Positions 55,127 to 64,000 of a stretch of 64,000 bases of DNA are shown here, in pieces. The DNA comes from an uncultured Actinomycetes bacterium. GTDB taxonomy: Bacteria; Actinomycetota; Acidimicrobiia; Acidimicrobiales; RAAP-2. How positions within the stretch are numbered: the first letter of the stretch is position 1; every line of letters starts with the position of its first letter. Location of the stretch: positions 13,325-77,324 of the forward strand of contig CAISIU010000033.1 of the NCBI GenBank assembly GCA_903885505.1, written 5' to 3'. Under the pieces are notes generated by a model. The model saw nothing but the letters and a program-made list of their open reading frames with translations, was not told the DNA's origin and made no database searches. The translations under genes were made by a program, and so were the position numbers.

Positions 55127-55591
55127 ATGGTTGAACTTGTTGCCCTCTCTCCACTTGATGTGTCTCAATTCCTTGAGGTGACGTGGACGGAATACCGAGA
55201 GAGTTTGCGGGAGGCGGGCTTCAGTGATCGTGAAGCTGAACTCAATATCGAGCGCAACAAGTCACAGATTCTGGACGGCGACTATCCCAAACCAAACCAT
55301 CACTTCCTCGACATTCGACACGAGGGTGCATCAATCGGTACTTTGTGGCTGGCCTCTCAAGATGACCAAGCACCCGGCCAATGGTTCGGCTACGAGTTCA
55401 CTATCCAGCCTGAATTCAGAGGTCGTGGATTGGGCAGAGCGACGATGGTGGCTGCCGAGAACTACGTCGCCACACAGGGCGGAACCTCCATTGGGCTCAA
55501 TGTCTTTGGTCCCAATGCCATTGCTCGTTCGCTGTATGAGTCGATGGGTTATGAAATCCAGAACATTGGAATGAAGAAGACTCTCTCGTAA
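55127..55591 (+). CDS. GNAT-family N-acetyltransferase
   Basis: Motif A IQPEFRGRGLGRATM and C-terminal ARSLYESMGYE. Confidence 0.8.
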   Translation: MVELVALSPLDVSQFLEVTWTEYRESLREAGFSDREAELNIERNKSQILDGDYPKPNHHFLDIRHEGASIGTLWLASQDDQAPGQWFGYEFTIQPEFRGRGLGRATMVAAENYVATQGGTSIGLNVFGPNAIARSLYESMGYEIQNIGMKKTLS

Positions 55592-55606
55592 CGAGATCTA
55601 GATAGA

Positions 55607-55637
55607 AAGAATCCCCGGGCAGTGCCCGGGGATTCTT
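55607..55637. terminator. Bidirectional terminator hairpin (GNAT / ABC ATPase)
   Basis: AAGAATCCCCGGGC-AGT-GCCCGGGGATTCTT, a 14-bp perfect stem. Confidence 0.55.
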
Positions 55638-55655
55638 CGCAAGTCGTTGATTCGA

Positions 55656-57680
55656 TTATTGAGCTGAGCGAATAGTGACGGCAGCTTCAATCGGGAAGTG
55701 GCAGGCCACGGTGTGACCATTGCTGATTTCCTGCATCGTGGGCTCTTCGTTCGCACAGATGTCGGCGGCAGCCGGGCAACGGGTGCGGAAGCGACAACCG
55801 GACGGCGGGTTCGCGGCACTCGGAAGTTCGCCCTGGATTTGGCCACCACGGCGCTCGCGAGAGCCCTCGACATCGGCGTTCGGCACGGCGTTCAGGAGTC
55901 CCTGGGTGTAGTGGTGACGAGGAGCGGAGAAGACTTCTTCCGCCGGCCCGACTTCCACGAGCTTTCCGAGGTACATCACACCAATACGGTGAGCGATGTA
56001 GCGAACGACGGCGAGGTCGTGACTAATCAAGATGTATGACAGACCACGAGCTTCCTGGAGGTCCTGCATCAAGTTCAAGATCTGAGCCTGAATTGACACG
56101 TCAAGGGCCGAGACGGGTTCGTCAGCGATTACCAGCTTCGGCTCGAGAGCCAGGGAGCGGGCGAGGCCGACGCGCTGGCGCTGACCACCGGAGAATTCGT
56201 GCGGGTAGCGCTCGGCGGCAGCCAGCGGCAGGCCCACTTCGCGCAGCAACTGGTCAACACGCTCGTCCATCTCCGTCTTGGAGAGAGTCTTTTGGATCTC
56301 GAGAGGCTCGCGAATGATGTCACCCACGCGCTTGCGGGGGTCGAGTGACGCGTACGGGTCTTGGAACATCATCTGACGGTTACGAGCGAGGGCGCGACGA
56401 CGCGCACCCTTCTTGAGACCATCGACGTTCGTCCCCGCGAAGTTGATGTCACCGCTCGTGACCTCTTCGAGGCCAGTGATGAGGCGACCAATGGTCGTCT
56501 TTCCGCAACCAGACTCACCCACGAGGCCGAAGGTTTCACCTTCACGAACTTCGAAGTTGACGTCCGCCACGGCGCTGACCTTGAGGCCGGTGCGACGGAA
56601 AATGCTGGCACCACGGATCGGGAATTCCTTCACCAAGTTCGATACGGTCAACAAGGGCTTCGTCGCGTCGATGGCCTTACGTGCTTGGTTGATCTGCACA
56701 TCAACGGCCGCGGGGCCATTGGTGGGGTTGAAGCACGCGAAGCGGTGACCCTGACTCGCGTCCACGACCTCGGGCTCGCTGGTGCGGCACTGGTCGGTCG
56801 CGTAGGTGCAACGAGGGGCAAAGCGACAGCCCACGATCTCCTTAGAGAGGTCTGGCGGAAGTCCTGGGATGGAGAGCAATCGGCCACCGGTGATGTTGTC
56901 AATCTTCGGCACCGACGCCAAGAGGGCCTGGGTGTACGGGTGGTTCATGCGGGTAAAGAGAGTCTTGGTGTCGGCCTCTTCGACGACCTTGCCGGCGTAC
57001 ATCACGACCACGCGGTCGGTGCGGCTGGCGATAACACCCATGTCGTGGGTAATCAGAATGACGGCCATGTTGAGCTTCTCGCGAAGGCCGTCAAGGATGT
57101 CCAAGATCTGCGCCTGGATGGTCACGTCGAGAGCTGTCGTCGGCTCGTCGGCGATCAGGACCTTGGGCTCGCACACCAGAGCCATGGCAATCATCACGCG
57201 CTGGCGAAGTCCACCAGAGAGTTCGTGGGGGAACTGGTTAAGGCGTTCCTCCGGCATGGGCATTTCCACCATGCGCAGAACCTCGAGGGCGCGCTGACGC
57301 GCCTCTTCCTTGGACGCACCGCGGTGGATGATGTAACCCTCCGCGATCTGATCGCCAATCCGCATCACCGGGTTCAGTGAGGTCATGGGGTCCTGCGGAA
57401 TGAGGGCGATGGAGTTACCACGTACCGAGCGCATTTCCTTCTCGGACAGAGTGGCGAGGTCCTTGCCATCAAAGAAGATTTGGCCGCCGGACACGTGACC
57501 GTTCTTGGGCAGGAGGCGCATGATGGACAAACCGGTGGTGGTCTTGCCACAGCCAGATTCACCGACGATGCCGACACACTCACCAGCAGCAATGTCGATG
57601 GAGACGCCATCGACGGCGACAACATCAGCGGCACGCATGGCAAATGAGGTGCGCAGGTTCTTAATCGAGAGGATGGTCAC
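55656..57680 (-). CDS. Fused double ATP-binding protein of the peptide-type ABC importer (DppD-DppF fusion)
   Basis: Two Walker A (GESGCGKTT twice), two signatures (LSGGLRQR, FSGGQRQR), two Walker B (LIADEPT, VIADEPV), and oligopeptide-type C-terminal Cys motifs (GCRFAPRC, GCRFRTRC). GTG start. Confidence 0.9.
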   Translation of the reverse strand: MTILSIKNLRTSFAMRAADVVAVDGVSIDIAAGECVGIVGESGCGKTTTGLSIMRLLPKNGHVSGGQIFFDGKDLATLSEKEMRSVRGNSIALIPQDPMTSLNPVMRIGDQIAEGYIIHRGASKEEARQRALEVLRMVEMPMPEERLNQFPHELSGGLRQRVMIAMALVCEPKVLIADEPTTALDVTIQAQILDILDGLREKLNMAVILITHDMGVIASRTDRVVVMYAGKVVEEADTKTLFTRMNHPYTQALLASVPKIDNITGGRLLSIPGLPPDLSKEIVGCRFAPRCTYATDQCRTSEPEVVDASQGHRFACFNPTNGPAAVDVQINQARKAIDATKPLLTVSNLVKEFPIRGASIFRRTGLKVSAVADVNFEVREGETFGLVGESGCGKTTIGRLITGLEEVTSGDINFAGTNVDGLKKGARRRALARNRQMMFQDPYASLDPRKRVGDIIREPLEIQKTLSKTEMDERVDQLLREVGLPLAAAERYPHEFSGGQRQRVGLARSLALEPKLVIADEPVSALDVSIQAQILNLMQDLQEARGLSYILISHDLAVVRYIAHRIGVMYLGKLVEVGPAEEVFSAPRHHYTQGLLNAVPNADVEGSRERRGGQIQGELPSAANPPSGCRFRTRCPAAADICANEEPTMQEISNGHTVACHFPIEAAVTIRSAQ

Positions 57681-57741
57681 GGTGGAAATTATACCCTTCT
57701 GTATTGATGATTCCCCGGGTGACCGAGGCGGACACAGTGCC

Positions 57742-58251
57742 CTACTTCAGTGCGGCGAGAACGTCTTTCGTGTGGAGTTTGGAGTACGCGACTTCGCCCG
57801 GCCAGGGAAGCAATTGCTTGTAGGCATCCGGCATGGACGTGGCTTCCGCGACCTTCAAGTAGGTCTTTTGCAGCGCGACGTAGTCGTCCAACATGTTCTG
57901 TAGGAGTCCGCGGGCCGCGTCGGGGTAGACATCGAGAGTCACCATTCCGGCAGCCTCTCCCTGGGCGGACAGAGCAACGTTGGCCGCCGTGTTGACGCAG
58001 GTGATGTTGGCGTGGCAGGCCTTCACGCTGGCACCGAAAGCGGTCGCCGCATCATTGGTTATTTTTGACATCGCGATGATTTGTGCGCGCGCCGCCTGAA
58101 CCGTGTTGGCGGTGGTAGTCGGAGCCGTGCGAAGCGACAGCTTGATGCCGTAGACCGCTCCGCCGGCGAGAACCGCCGACAGGAGAAGAATCGAGACGGG
58201 CTTCAGGTAGTTGCGCCAGGTTTTTGTGGGTGCGTCGGTGATGTCTGTCAT
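57742..58251 (-). CDS. Hypothetical membrane-anchored extracytoplasmic protein embedded in the ABC operon
   Basis: 169 aa with one N-terminal TM (VSILLLSAVLAGGAVYGI), an Ala/Thr-rich helical ectodomain and a Cys pair (KACHANITC). Weak RBS. No family recognised. Confidence 0.45.
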   Translation of the reverse strand: MTDITDAPTKTWRNYLKPVSILLLSAVLAGGAVYGIKLSLRTAPTTTANTVQAARAQIIAMSKITNDAATAFGASVKACHANITCVNTAANVALSAQGEAAGMVTLDVYPDAARGLLQNMLDDYVALQKTYLKVAEATSMPDAYKQLLPWPGEVAYSKLHTKDVLAALK

Positions 58252-58278
58252 AAATATGGACCGAAGGTCAACGAGCGT

Positions 58279-59253
58279 TTAACGCTCGCGCAAACGGACT
58301 TCGAACATGTCGCGCATGGCGTCTCCGATGTAGTTAAAGGAGACGATGAGCACGAGGAAAAGTCCGCAGACGGGGTAGACCTGCCACCAACAACCAATTT
58401 GGAAGTTGTCCGAACCGAACTGGATCATTGCGCCCCAGTCGGTCTCCGGCAGCGGAATACCGAGGCCCAGGAAGCCCAATGACGTCAGGGCCAAGATGGA
58501 GCCTGCCAGCGCGAAGGTGGACACCGTCATCATCGTGCTCACGGTGTTGGGCAGGATGTGACGCCAGATGATGCGTCCCGATCCGCCACCCATGGCTCGA
58601 ACCGCCTGAGCGAATTCACGGTCTCGAAGGGCAATCGCTTCACCGCGTAACAGTCGAGCGTCACCAAACCAACCGGTGAAACCGAGAACCAAGATCAACA
58701 GGACCTTCGAGCGACCAAACAAGGAGATGGTGGCGAGCAGGAGGAACAGGCCGGGGATGGACAACATCACGTCTACGAAACGCATGAGCAGAGAGTCAAT
58801 CCAGCCACCGACGTATCCGGAGAACACGCCGTATCCCACGCCGACGACCAGCGAGATCATGGCGGCGAGGAAGCCCAATTCCAGCGACGACTGGCCGGCG
58901 AACATGAGACGTCCAAGGATGTCAAAGCCGAGGTAGTCGGTTCCCAGAGGGAAACCCTTCTGCGGAGGCAAGTTCACGTTGAAAATGGAGGCACTCGCGT
59001 CCGTTTGGTTGGAGTGGTAGAAGAACGGACCCACGAAGCAAAACAAGACAATGGCAACGACGTAGACCAACGACGCCACGGCGAGCTTGTTGCTCACGAA
59101 AACGCGCAACATTTGCTGCCACATGCGTTCGGTGCCTCGAACGTCACCTGCTGAGTTCGCAGCCTCGGCGAAGGCGTCGAGCGCCGCTTCGTGGCCAGAT
59201 TGACCGTCCATCACGGCCATCTTTTCGGCTTCCCAATCGGTAGGAAAAGTCAT
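58279..59253 (-). CDS. ABC transporter permease (DppC/OppC-like)
   Basis: BPD_transp_1 EAA-loop region (LRGEAIALRDREFAQAVRAMGG) and 6 TMs. Confidence 0.85.
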   Translation of the reverse strand: MTFPTDWEAEKMAVMDGQSGHEAALDAFAEAANSAGDVRGTERMWQQMLRVFVSNKLAVASLVYVVAIVLFCFVGPFFYHSNQTDASASIFNVNLPPQKGFPLGTDYLGFDILGRLMFAGQSSLELGFLAAMISLVVGVGYGVFSGYVGGWIDSLLMRFVDVMLSIPGLFLLLATISLFGRSKVLLILVLGFTGWFGDARLLRGEAIALRDREFAQAVRAMGGGSGRIIWRHILPNTVSTMMTVSTFALAGSILALTSLGFLGLGIPLPETDWGAMIQFGSDNFQIGCWWQVYPVCGLFLVLIVSFNYIGDAMRDMFEVRLRER

Positions 59254-59255
59254 GT

Positions 59256-60242
59256 TTATCGCTTTCCTGTCAGTCGGATACGAGGGTCGGCAATAGCAAT
59301 ACCAATGTCAGCAAAGAGGTTTCCGAGCACGGTGGCCACGGTCACCATCAGGGTGAGCCCCATCACGACGGGCACGTCACGAACGTTGGTCGAGGCCACC
59401 GTCAGCTGACCCATGCCGGGGTAGTTGAAGATGCGCTCCGTAATGAGGGCGCCACCAAACAAAGCGGGAAGCGAGAGGCCCAGAATGGTGATGACAGGCA
59501 GGACGGCGTTTCGGAAGGCGTGGCGGAACAACACGCGGTTAGGCGAACATCCCTTGGCGCGAGCGGTGCGGACGTAGTCCTGCACCATGGTCTCCAAGAT
59601 GGATCCACGCATGAAACGAGTCAAGCCACCAATTCCGAGAACCGTCAGAGTGGTTAAGGGAAGGGCAAATTGTCCCGGATAGTTCCACATCTGCACCAGA
59701 GGCGAGAAGAAACTGTTCGCCGTTGGCTGGTCAATGGACGGTGGGAACCAGTGCAAAGTCAGCGAGAAGACGATGATCGTTACCAGCGAGAACAAGAAGG
59801 CGGGGAACGAGAACAGAAGGAAAATCAGGAAAGTCATCGAGTGGTCGAAGAAGGAATTGCGCTTAATTCCCTGGAAAAGTCCGATAACAATTGAGATAAT
59901 GGTCGAGAACAAGAGAGAAATGATGACCAGCCACAAGGTGCGCGGCAGGTACGGATAAATGACCGTCCACACCGACACATCAAGGGTTCCTGGGTTCGTC
60001 GAGTAGCCCAAGTTTCCGTGGAAAAGGTTGAGCATGTAGTGGTAATACTGCAGGTAGAACGGCAAGTCGAGGCCGTGCGAGTGCAGGAATTCCTTCAATG
60101 CTTGGGTCGTGGCGTGAGGGCCAAGCACTACTCGGGCAATGTTTCCCCCCATGAGCGACGGCAAGAGGAACGTCATAAATGACACTCCAATCAACACTCC
60201 GATGCCCTGCAGGATTCGGCGGAAGAAGTAACCAATCATCAT
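59256..60242 (-). CDS. ABC transporter permease (DppB/OppB-like)
   Basis: MIGYFFRRILQGIGVLIGVSFMTF N-terminus and EAA loop RGSILETMVQDYVRTARAKG. Confidence 0.85.
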   Translation of the reverse strand: MMIGYFFRRILQGIGVLIGVSFMTFLLPSLMGGNIARVVLGPHATTQALKEFLHSHGLDLPFYLQYYHYMLNLFHGNLGYSTNPGTLDVSVWTVIYPYLPRTLWLVIISLLFSTIISIVIGLFQGIKRNSFFDHSMTFLIFLLFSFPAFLFSLVTIIVFSLTLHWFPPSIDQPTANSFFSPLVQMWNYPGQFALPLTTLTVLGIGGLTRFMRGSILETMVQDYVRTARAKGCSPNRVLFRHAFRNAVLPVITILGLSLPALFGGALITERIFNYPGMGQLTVASTNVRDVPVVMGLTLMVTVATVLGNLFADIGIAIADPRIRLTGKR

Positions 60243-60459
60243 GGGGACTCTAGCAGTGGCCGTTTCTGAATCTCAAAGTGAGTGTTGCGACGATGTGAAT
60301 ATCTGAGCATCGACAACGAGCTCGCGCCGTTCAATTGCTGATCGGTCGGCCAGGTGCAATAGGGTGTCAATGGTGGAGCCGTTAATGGCGGCACTCGAAA
60401 GCATGACCTAAATTCAGATTTTTCTCACCAATTTGGTAAAACCGGAGAAATTCAGCACC

Positions 60460-61476
60460 ATGCATCACGCAAACGCCACGGTATGGGCCCTCGTCACCAC
60501 GTTTACCCTGATGGCGTGGGTTTTTCAACTATTGCGCTGGTCTCGCGTCGCCCAAGGTGAAGGTTTTCAGCCATTTGCGATTTTAAGTTTCTACCGGCAG
60601 TGGGCATTTCCCGCCTCCGCCTCCGCTACGGCGGTCACGACCAGTTCAGGAATGCCCTCGCGCTTTCTAGAGGCCCCGTTTCGCGCGGCGAGTCGAATCT
60701 ATGAGAGGTCAACTGGTCACGAGCACCCCTACGAGAGCTCGCAGCGCCGATTCACCAAGAAGCCCATCTCCCTGACGCTGGTCGTGGGGCTCATCATGGC
60801 GACGGCCGTGATCGGGCGAACCCCCGTTGTCATCTACCTCCTGTCAGTGGCCTACGCCCTGATCTTCCCCTGGGGATTTCCGCTCCGCCGCCGCCCACGA
60901 CCTTTTTTGAGCGACCATGTCGCTCTCGGCGCGACGGCGTTGAGCGTCACTTTCTCACTTCTTCTGGGTTTCGTCACCTGGGGCATTTCTCCACTAGTCG
61001 CCGCCGCCGTGATCGTGCTCACGGTGCCAGTCACCTTGTCACTGGCGGCCGCGTGTGTTCGGCCCGCGGTAACTGTTCCCCCCTCGAACGAGCCACGGGT
61101 TCGAATGAGCCGCAGCTCGCGTGGCGCGGTCGTGGTGAGCGACTTTCGGACCTTGACCGATGAACGCGCCCTCGAGACGTTGGATGGTTTCGTGCAGGGC
61201 GAACTGGAAGGGCGGCGCATCGTCGTGACCGGGGGACTCACTGGACGAGGGAAATCGCAGGCTCTGGCGAACTATCGGCTCGGCGTGGCCATCGGAGAAC
61301 GAGAGTGTGAACTCGTGGTGGTGGCTCGCACGAACGCCGAGGCACTGACCGCGGGGTGTGGTGTCAAGACGCGTCGCTTTGATTCTCGTCACCTCGCGAT
61401 GAAGTGGGTGCAGCGGACTCTGGTGGCCGGCGACGGTGTCCTCTTCCTGGGCGATATCCCCGATTACTACCCCTAA
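60460..61476 (+). CDS. Hypothetical polytopic membrane protein with C-terminal Mur-ligase-C-like (degenerate) domain
   Basis: About 5 TMs, then a soluble domain of about 115 aa (VVVSDFRTLTDERALETLDGF...GRRIVVTGGLTGRGKSQALANYRLGVAIGERECELVVVARTNAEALTAG...FDSRHLAMKWVQRTLVAGDGVLFLGD). Its spacing mirrors the MurF C-domain (DDSYNANP...AL..L...R.ivVLGdM.ELG...H..vG....d.v..vG.....i...f.....a...l...l..gd.vLvKGS). ATG 60460 behind GGAGAA; the track start is TTG 60433. Confidence 0.4.
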   Translation: MHHANATVWALVTTFTLMAWVFQLLRWSRVAQGEGFQPFAILSFYRQWAFPASASATAVTTSSGMPSRFLEAPFRAASRIYERSTGHEHPYESSQRRFTKKPISLTLVVGLIMATAVIGRTPVVIYLLSVAYALIFPWGFPLRRRPRPFLSDHVALGATALSVTFSLLLGFVTWGISPLVAAAVIVLTVPVTLSLAAACVRPAVTVPPSNEPRVRMSRSSRGAVVVSDFRTLTDERALETLDGFVQGELEGRRIVVTGGLTGRGKSQALANYRLGVAIGERECELVVVARTNAEALTAGCGVKTRRFDSRHLAMKWVQRTLVAGDGVLFLGDIPDYYP

Positions 61477-61479
61477 GGG

Positions 61480-62208
61480 TTAGTCAACGCGAAAAGTGCG
61501 GACCGCGAGGAGCGGAGCGGCGATTGCCCACACCACCAAGCTCAACAGATCGATGAGCGTGAGCGAGCGGCCGGTCGTGGCGCGGTGCAATAGATCCGAC
61601 AGCGCGCCGCTGGGGATGAGGTGAGAGAGTGCGCTGAATGGGCCCGGCAACGACGTGGTGGGAATAACCATGCCCGAACCCAGCAATAGCAATAGATAGA
61701 GCCCATTGGCCGCGGCCAGGTTGACTTCGGCCGCGAGACGCCCCGCGAGGTAGAGTCCAATGCCCGCACAGGCGGCACTCGCTAAGACGAGGGCCAACAC
61801 GATGAGGGCGAGAGATGATGCGGAGCTGTGCGGATTCCATCCGAGAATCACCGCCACGGTGGCGATGGCGACAATTTGAATGAGCTCGGTCACCAGAATC
61901 GAGAGAATCTTCGCCGCGATAAAAGTACGCATGGGTAGTGGCGTGGTGCGAAGTCGCTTCAAGACCCCATAGGAACGTTCGAAGCCGGTGGCGATCGACA
62001 GGGCGACCAACGAGGTCGACAGAACCGCGAGCGAGATGATGCCGGGCGCCAAGAAATCCACTCGGTGAGCGTCGGGCGTGGCAATCACGGCGACCTCGCT
62101 GAAAAACACCAGGAGGCCCAACGGGATGAGGATGGTGAGCAGCAGTGTCTCGCCGCGGCGCAACGTCATGCGAATTTCGGCAGCGGTCTGCGCCGTTAGA
62201 GCACTCAT
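61480..62208 (-). CDS. ABC-2-type exporter permease
   Basis: 242 aa, 6 TMs. 4-nt overlap with the upstream ATPase gene. The alternative-frame ORF 61484-62218 is Arg-rich and rejected. Confidence 0.75.
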   Translation of the reverse strand: MSALTAQTAAEIRMTLRRGETLLLTILIPLGLLVFFSEVAVIATPDAHRVDFLAPGIISLAVLSTSLVALSIATGFERSYGVLKRLRTTPLPMRTFIAAKILSILVTELIQIVAIATVAVILGWNPHSSASSLALIVLALVLASAACAGIGLYLAGRLAAEVNLAAANGLYLLLLLGSGMVIPTTSLPGPFSALSHLIPSGALSDLLHRATTGRSLTLIDLLSLVVWAIAAPLLAVRTFRVD

Positions 62209-63089
62209 CGCGATTCACCTTCCAGGGCGCGTCGATAGACGCTCTCCAAACTGTGGCTGGATGAAATTGACTGAACGTTGATACGGCGATCCGCTAGCCA
62301 CGCGGTCGCGCGGGCCAAAAAGTCGGCGTCGTGAGCGGGTCCGATCAGGGTGCTGCCGGAGATACGCCCCCCGAGGGGTGGCTCACCGGCGCGTGAGAGG
62401 TCACTGTCGGCGGAAATGACGACGTCGGTGGAGTGTGTGAGGTCGGCGAGTCGGCCCGAGAGGACCGTTCGTCCCTGGGCGATGACACACACACGATCGG
62501 AGATTCGTTCGGCCTCGTCGAGTTCGTGGGTGGTGAGCACAATGGCACGACCGAGGGCTGTCTCTTCTCTAATGAGCTCCCGAATCACGTCGCGGCCTTC
62601 GGGGTCAACGCCGCTGGTGGGTTCATCCAAAATAAGCACGCTCGGCTGGCCCAATAAGGCCAGTGCGAGCAAGGTGCGCTGCTTTTCCCCGCCCGACAAG
62701 CGACGCCAGGGAGTGTTCGCCACCGAACCCAATGCCAATCGTTCAACGAGGTCAGTTCCGCGGCGTGGGTGGCGGTAATACGAGGCGGTGAGGGCGATGA
62801 CCTGGGCGGGGCTCATGGGGGCCCAGACTCCACCGTCTTGCAACATAGCTCCGGTTAATTCACTCACCTGAGTGGGATGCGCGACGGGGTTAAGGCCATG
62901 TAGCTCGACGAGGCCCGCGGTCGGGCGGCGAAAGCCGAGCAGGGTGGTGAGTGAGGTGGTCTTGCCAGCCCCATTGGGTCCGAGGATGGTCAGCACCTCG
63001 CCGAAGGCGAGTTCGAACGACACGTCCGTAACGGCAGTGGTGTCACCGAAGTCCACGCGAAGATGCTCAACTCGGCCGGCGATGCTCAC
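62205..63089 (-). CDS. ABC transporter ATP-binding protein (DrrA-like exporter ATPase)
   Basis: Walker A GPNGAGKTT, signature LSGGEKQR and Walker B LILDEPTSGVD. Confidence 0.85.
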   Translation of the reverse strand: MSIAGRVEHLRVDFGDTTAVTDVSFELAFGEVLTILGPNGAGKTTSLTTLLGFRRPTAGLVELHGLNPVAHPTQVSELTGAMLQDGGVWAPMSPAQVIALTASYYRHPRRGTDLVERLALGSVANTPWRRLSGGEKQRTLLALALLGQPSVLILDEPTSGVDPEGRDVIRELIREETALGRAIVLTTHELDEAERISDRVCVIAQGRTVLSGRLADLTHSTDVVISADSDLSRAGEPPLGGRISGSTLIGPAHDADFLARATAWLADRRINVQSISSSHSLESVYRRALEGESR

Positions 63090-63131
63090 GTCTCAACGGT
63101 ACAGGTCATGAGGCCTCGGTAGGCTAAAAGG

Positions 63132-64000
63132 CGTGATTGACATCGGCCGCGTACGTAACGATTTTGATGAATTGGCTCGCCAATTGGCTCGACGTGGATT
63201 CCCGCTGAGTTCGCTCGAAGAATTGCGTGACGCCGATGTCGCCCATCGCGCCGCCCTCGTGAATGCCGAGACCTTGCGCGCCGAGGTCAAGGAATTGTCG
63301 CGTCAGGTGGGCGAGGCACGTCGAGCCAAGAACGATGCTCTCGCCGAAGAGCTCATGGCCACGAGCCGTGAACTGGGAGAGCGTGAAGCCGCCGCCCGCG
63401 CCGTCGCGGATGACTTAGGCGAGAGCGTGCTGCGACTCAATCTCATGGTCCCGAATACGCCCTCCGATGACACTCCCGATGGGGCGGACGAAAACGACAA
63501 CGTCGAAACCTTTCGTTGGTGGCTCGGAATGGACAGTGGTGCCGCTGAGCCCACTTACGGCGACCACCAGCGCGTCGCGCACTGGGACATCGGTAGCGAG
63601 CTCGGCCTCCTCGACATCGAGACCGCCGTCAAGCTCGCGGGCTCGATGTTCGTTGCCTTCCGTGGCGACGGCGCTCGCCTGCAGCGAGCCCTGACCTCAT
63701 TCGCGCTCGATCAACACCGTGATGCGTACGTGGAGATTGCGCCGCCTTCCGTCGCTTTGACGGACACCATGATGTCGACGGGTCACCTGCCGAAGAGCCA
63801 AGACGACATGTATGCCGTCGAGCGCGACAACTTGTGGCTCATCCCGACCGGTGAAGTGCCACTCACGTCGATGCGTCGCGGGGAGATCTTGGCGACCGAC
63901 GAACTTCCGATTCGCCTGACCACGGTGACCCAGTGCTTCCGCCGTGAGGCGGGATCGGCCGGGCGAGACACTCGCGGCCTGCTTCGCGTGCACGAATTTC
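63132..64000 (+). CDS. serS: Seryl-tRNA synthetase, N-terminal about 289 codons (runs off the right edge)
   Basis: Absent from the ORF track (open at the edge). GTG 63132 behind AAAAGG reads VIDIGRVRNDFDELARQLARRGF... (coiled-coil arm), then HWDIGSELGLLD, AVKLAGSMF, TGHLPK, LIPTGEVPLT and class-II motif 2 FRREAGSAGRDTRGLLRVHEF. Confidence 0.88.

Noticed and set aside
61484-62218. The 244-aa minus-strand ORF overlapping the ABC-2 permease in another frame.
   Set aside because: It is an Arg/His/Gly-rich, non-hydrophobic translation. The 61480-62208 frame gives a clean six-TM ABC-2 permease coupled to the upstream ATPase.

Overview
High-GC (about 60% by eye) chromosomal replication-origin region with Actinomycetota-type synteny. 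No tools were run: all calls come from reading the ORF translations and the DNA by eye. Layout: yidC-yidD-rnpA-rpmH on the minus strand, then dnaA, an oriC-like DnaA-box cluster, dnaN, recF, a DUF721/DciA-like gene, gyrB and gyrA on the plus strand. Next come housekeeping genes (DsbA-like, CoA-transferase, ABC-F, amidase, OsmC, TrmO-like, PFK, aldolase-like). These are followed by a cell-envelope glycan block: a YfhO-like membrane protein, then GT4, an alpha/alpha-barrel protein and GH130. That block ends at tRNA-Leu(CAG), and a decayed copy of the tRNA 3' end lies on its far side. After it sits the conserved fhaA-fhaB-pstP-pbpA-pknB / trpG / crgA division-signalling locus, here without rodA and pknA. 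Lipid and amino-acid metabolism genes follow (thiolase, PaaI, pirin, transaminase). An integrase-less accessory islet then surrounds tRNA-Ile and tRNA-Ala. It holds MazEF, an XRE plus nucleotidyltransferase pair, an APH-type kinase and VapBC. The rest of the window has transport genes, an orphan b6-type cytochrome b module led by an untracked 57-codon ORF, ctaA/ctaB/tlpA, a family-5 peptide-type ABC system, a membrane protein with a degenerate MurF-C-like domain, an ABC-2 exporter and the 5' part of serS. I saw no rRNA, CRISPR array, IS element, integrase or phage genes. No single obvious novel system stands out. The best candidates for follow-up are the tRNA-Ala XRE/NTase/kinase locus, the orphan cytochrome b6 module with its micro-ORF, the att-like-flanked glycan cassette and the MurF-C-like membrane protein. 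All four need database or structure searches that I cannot run.
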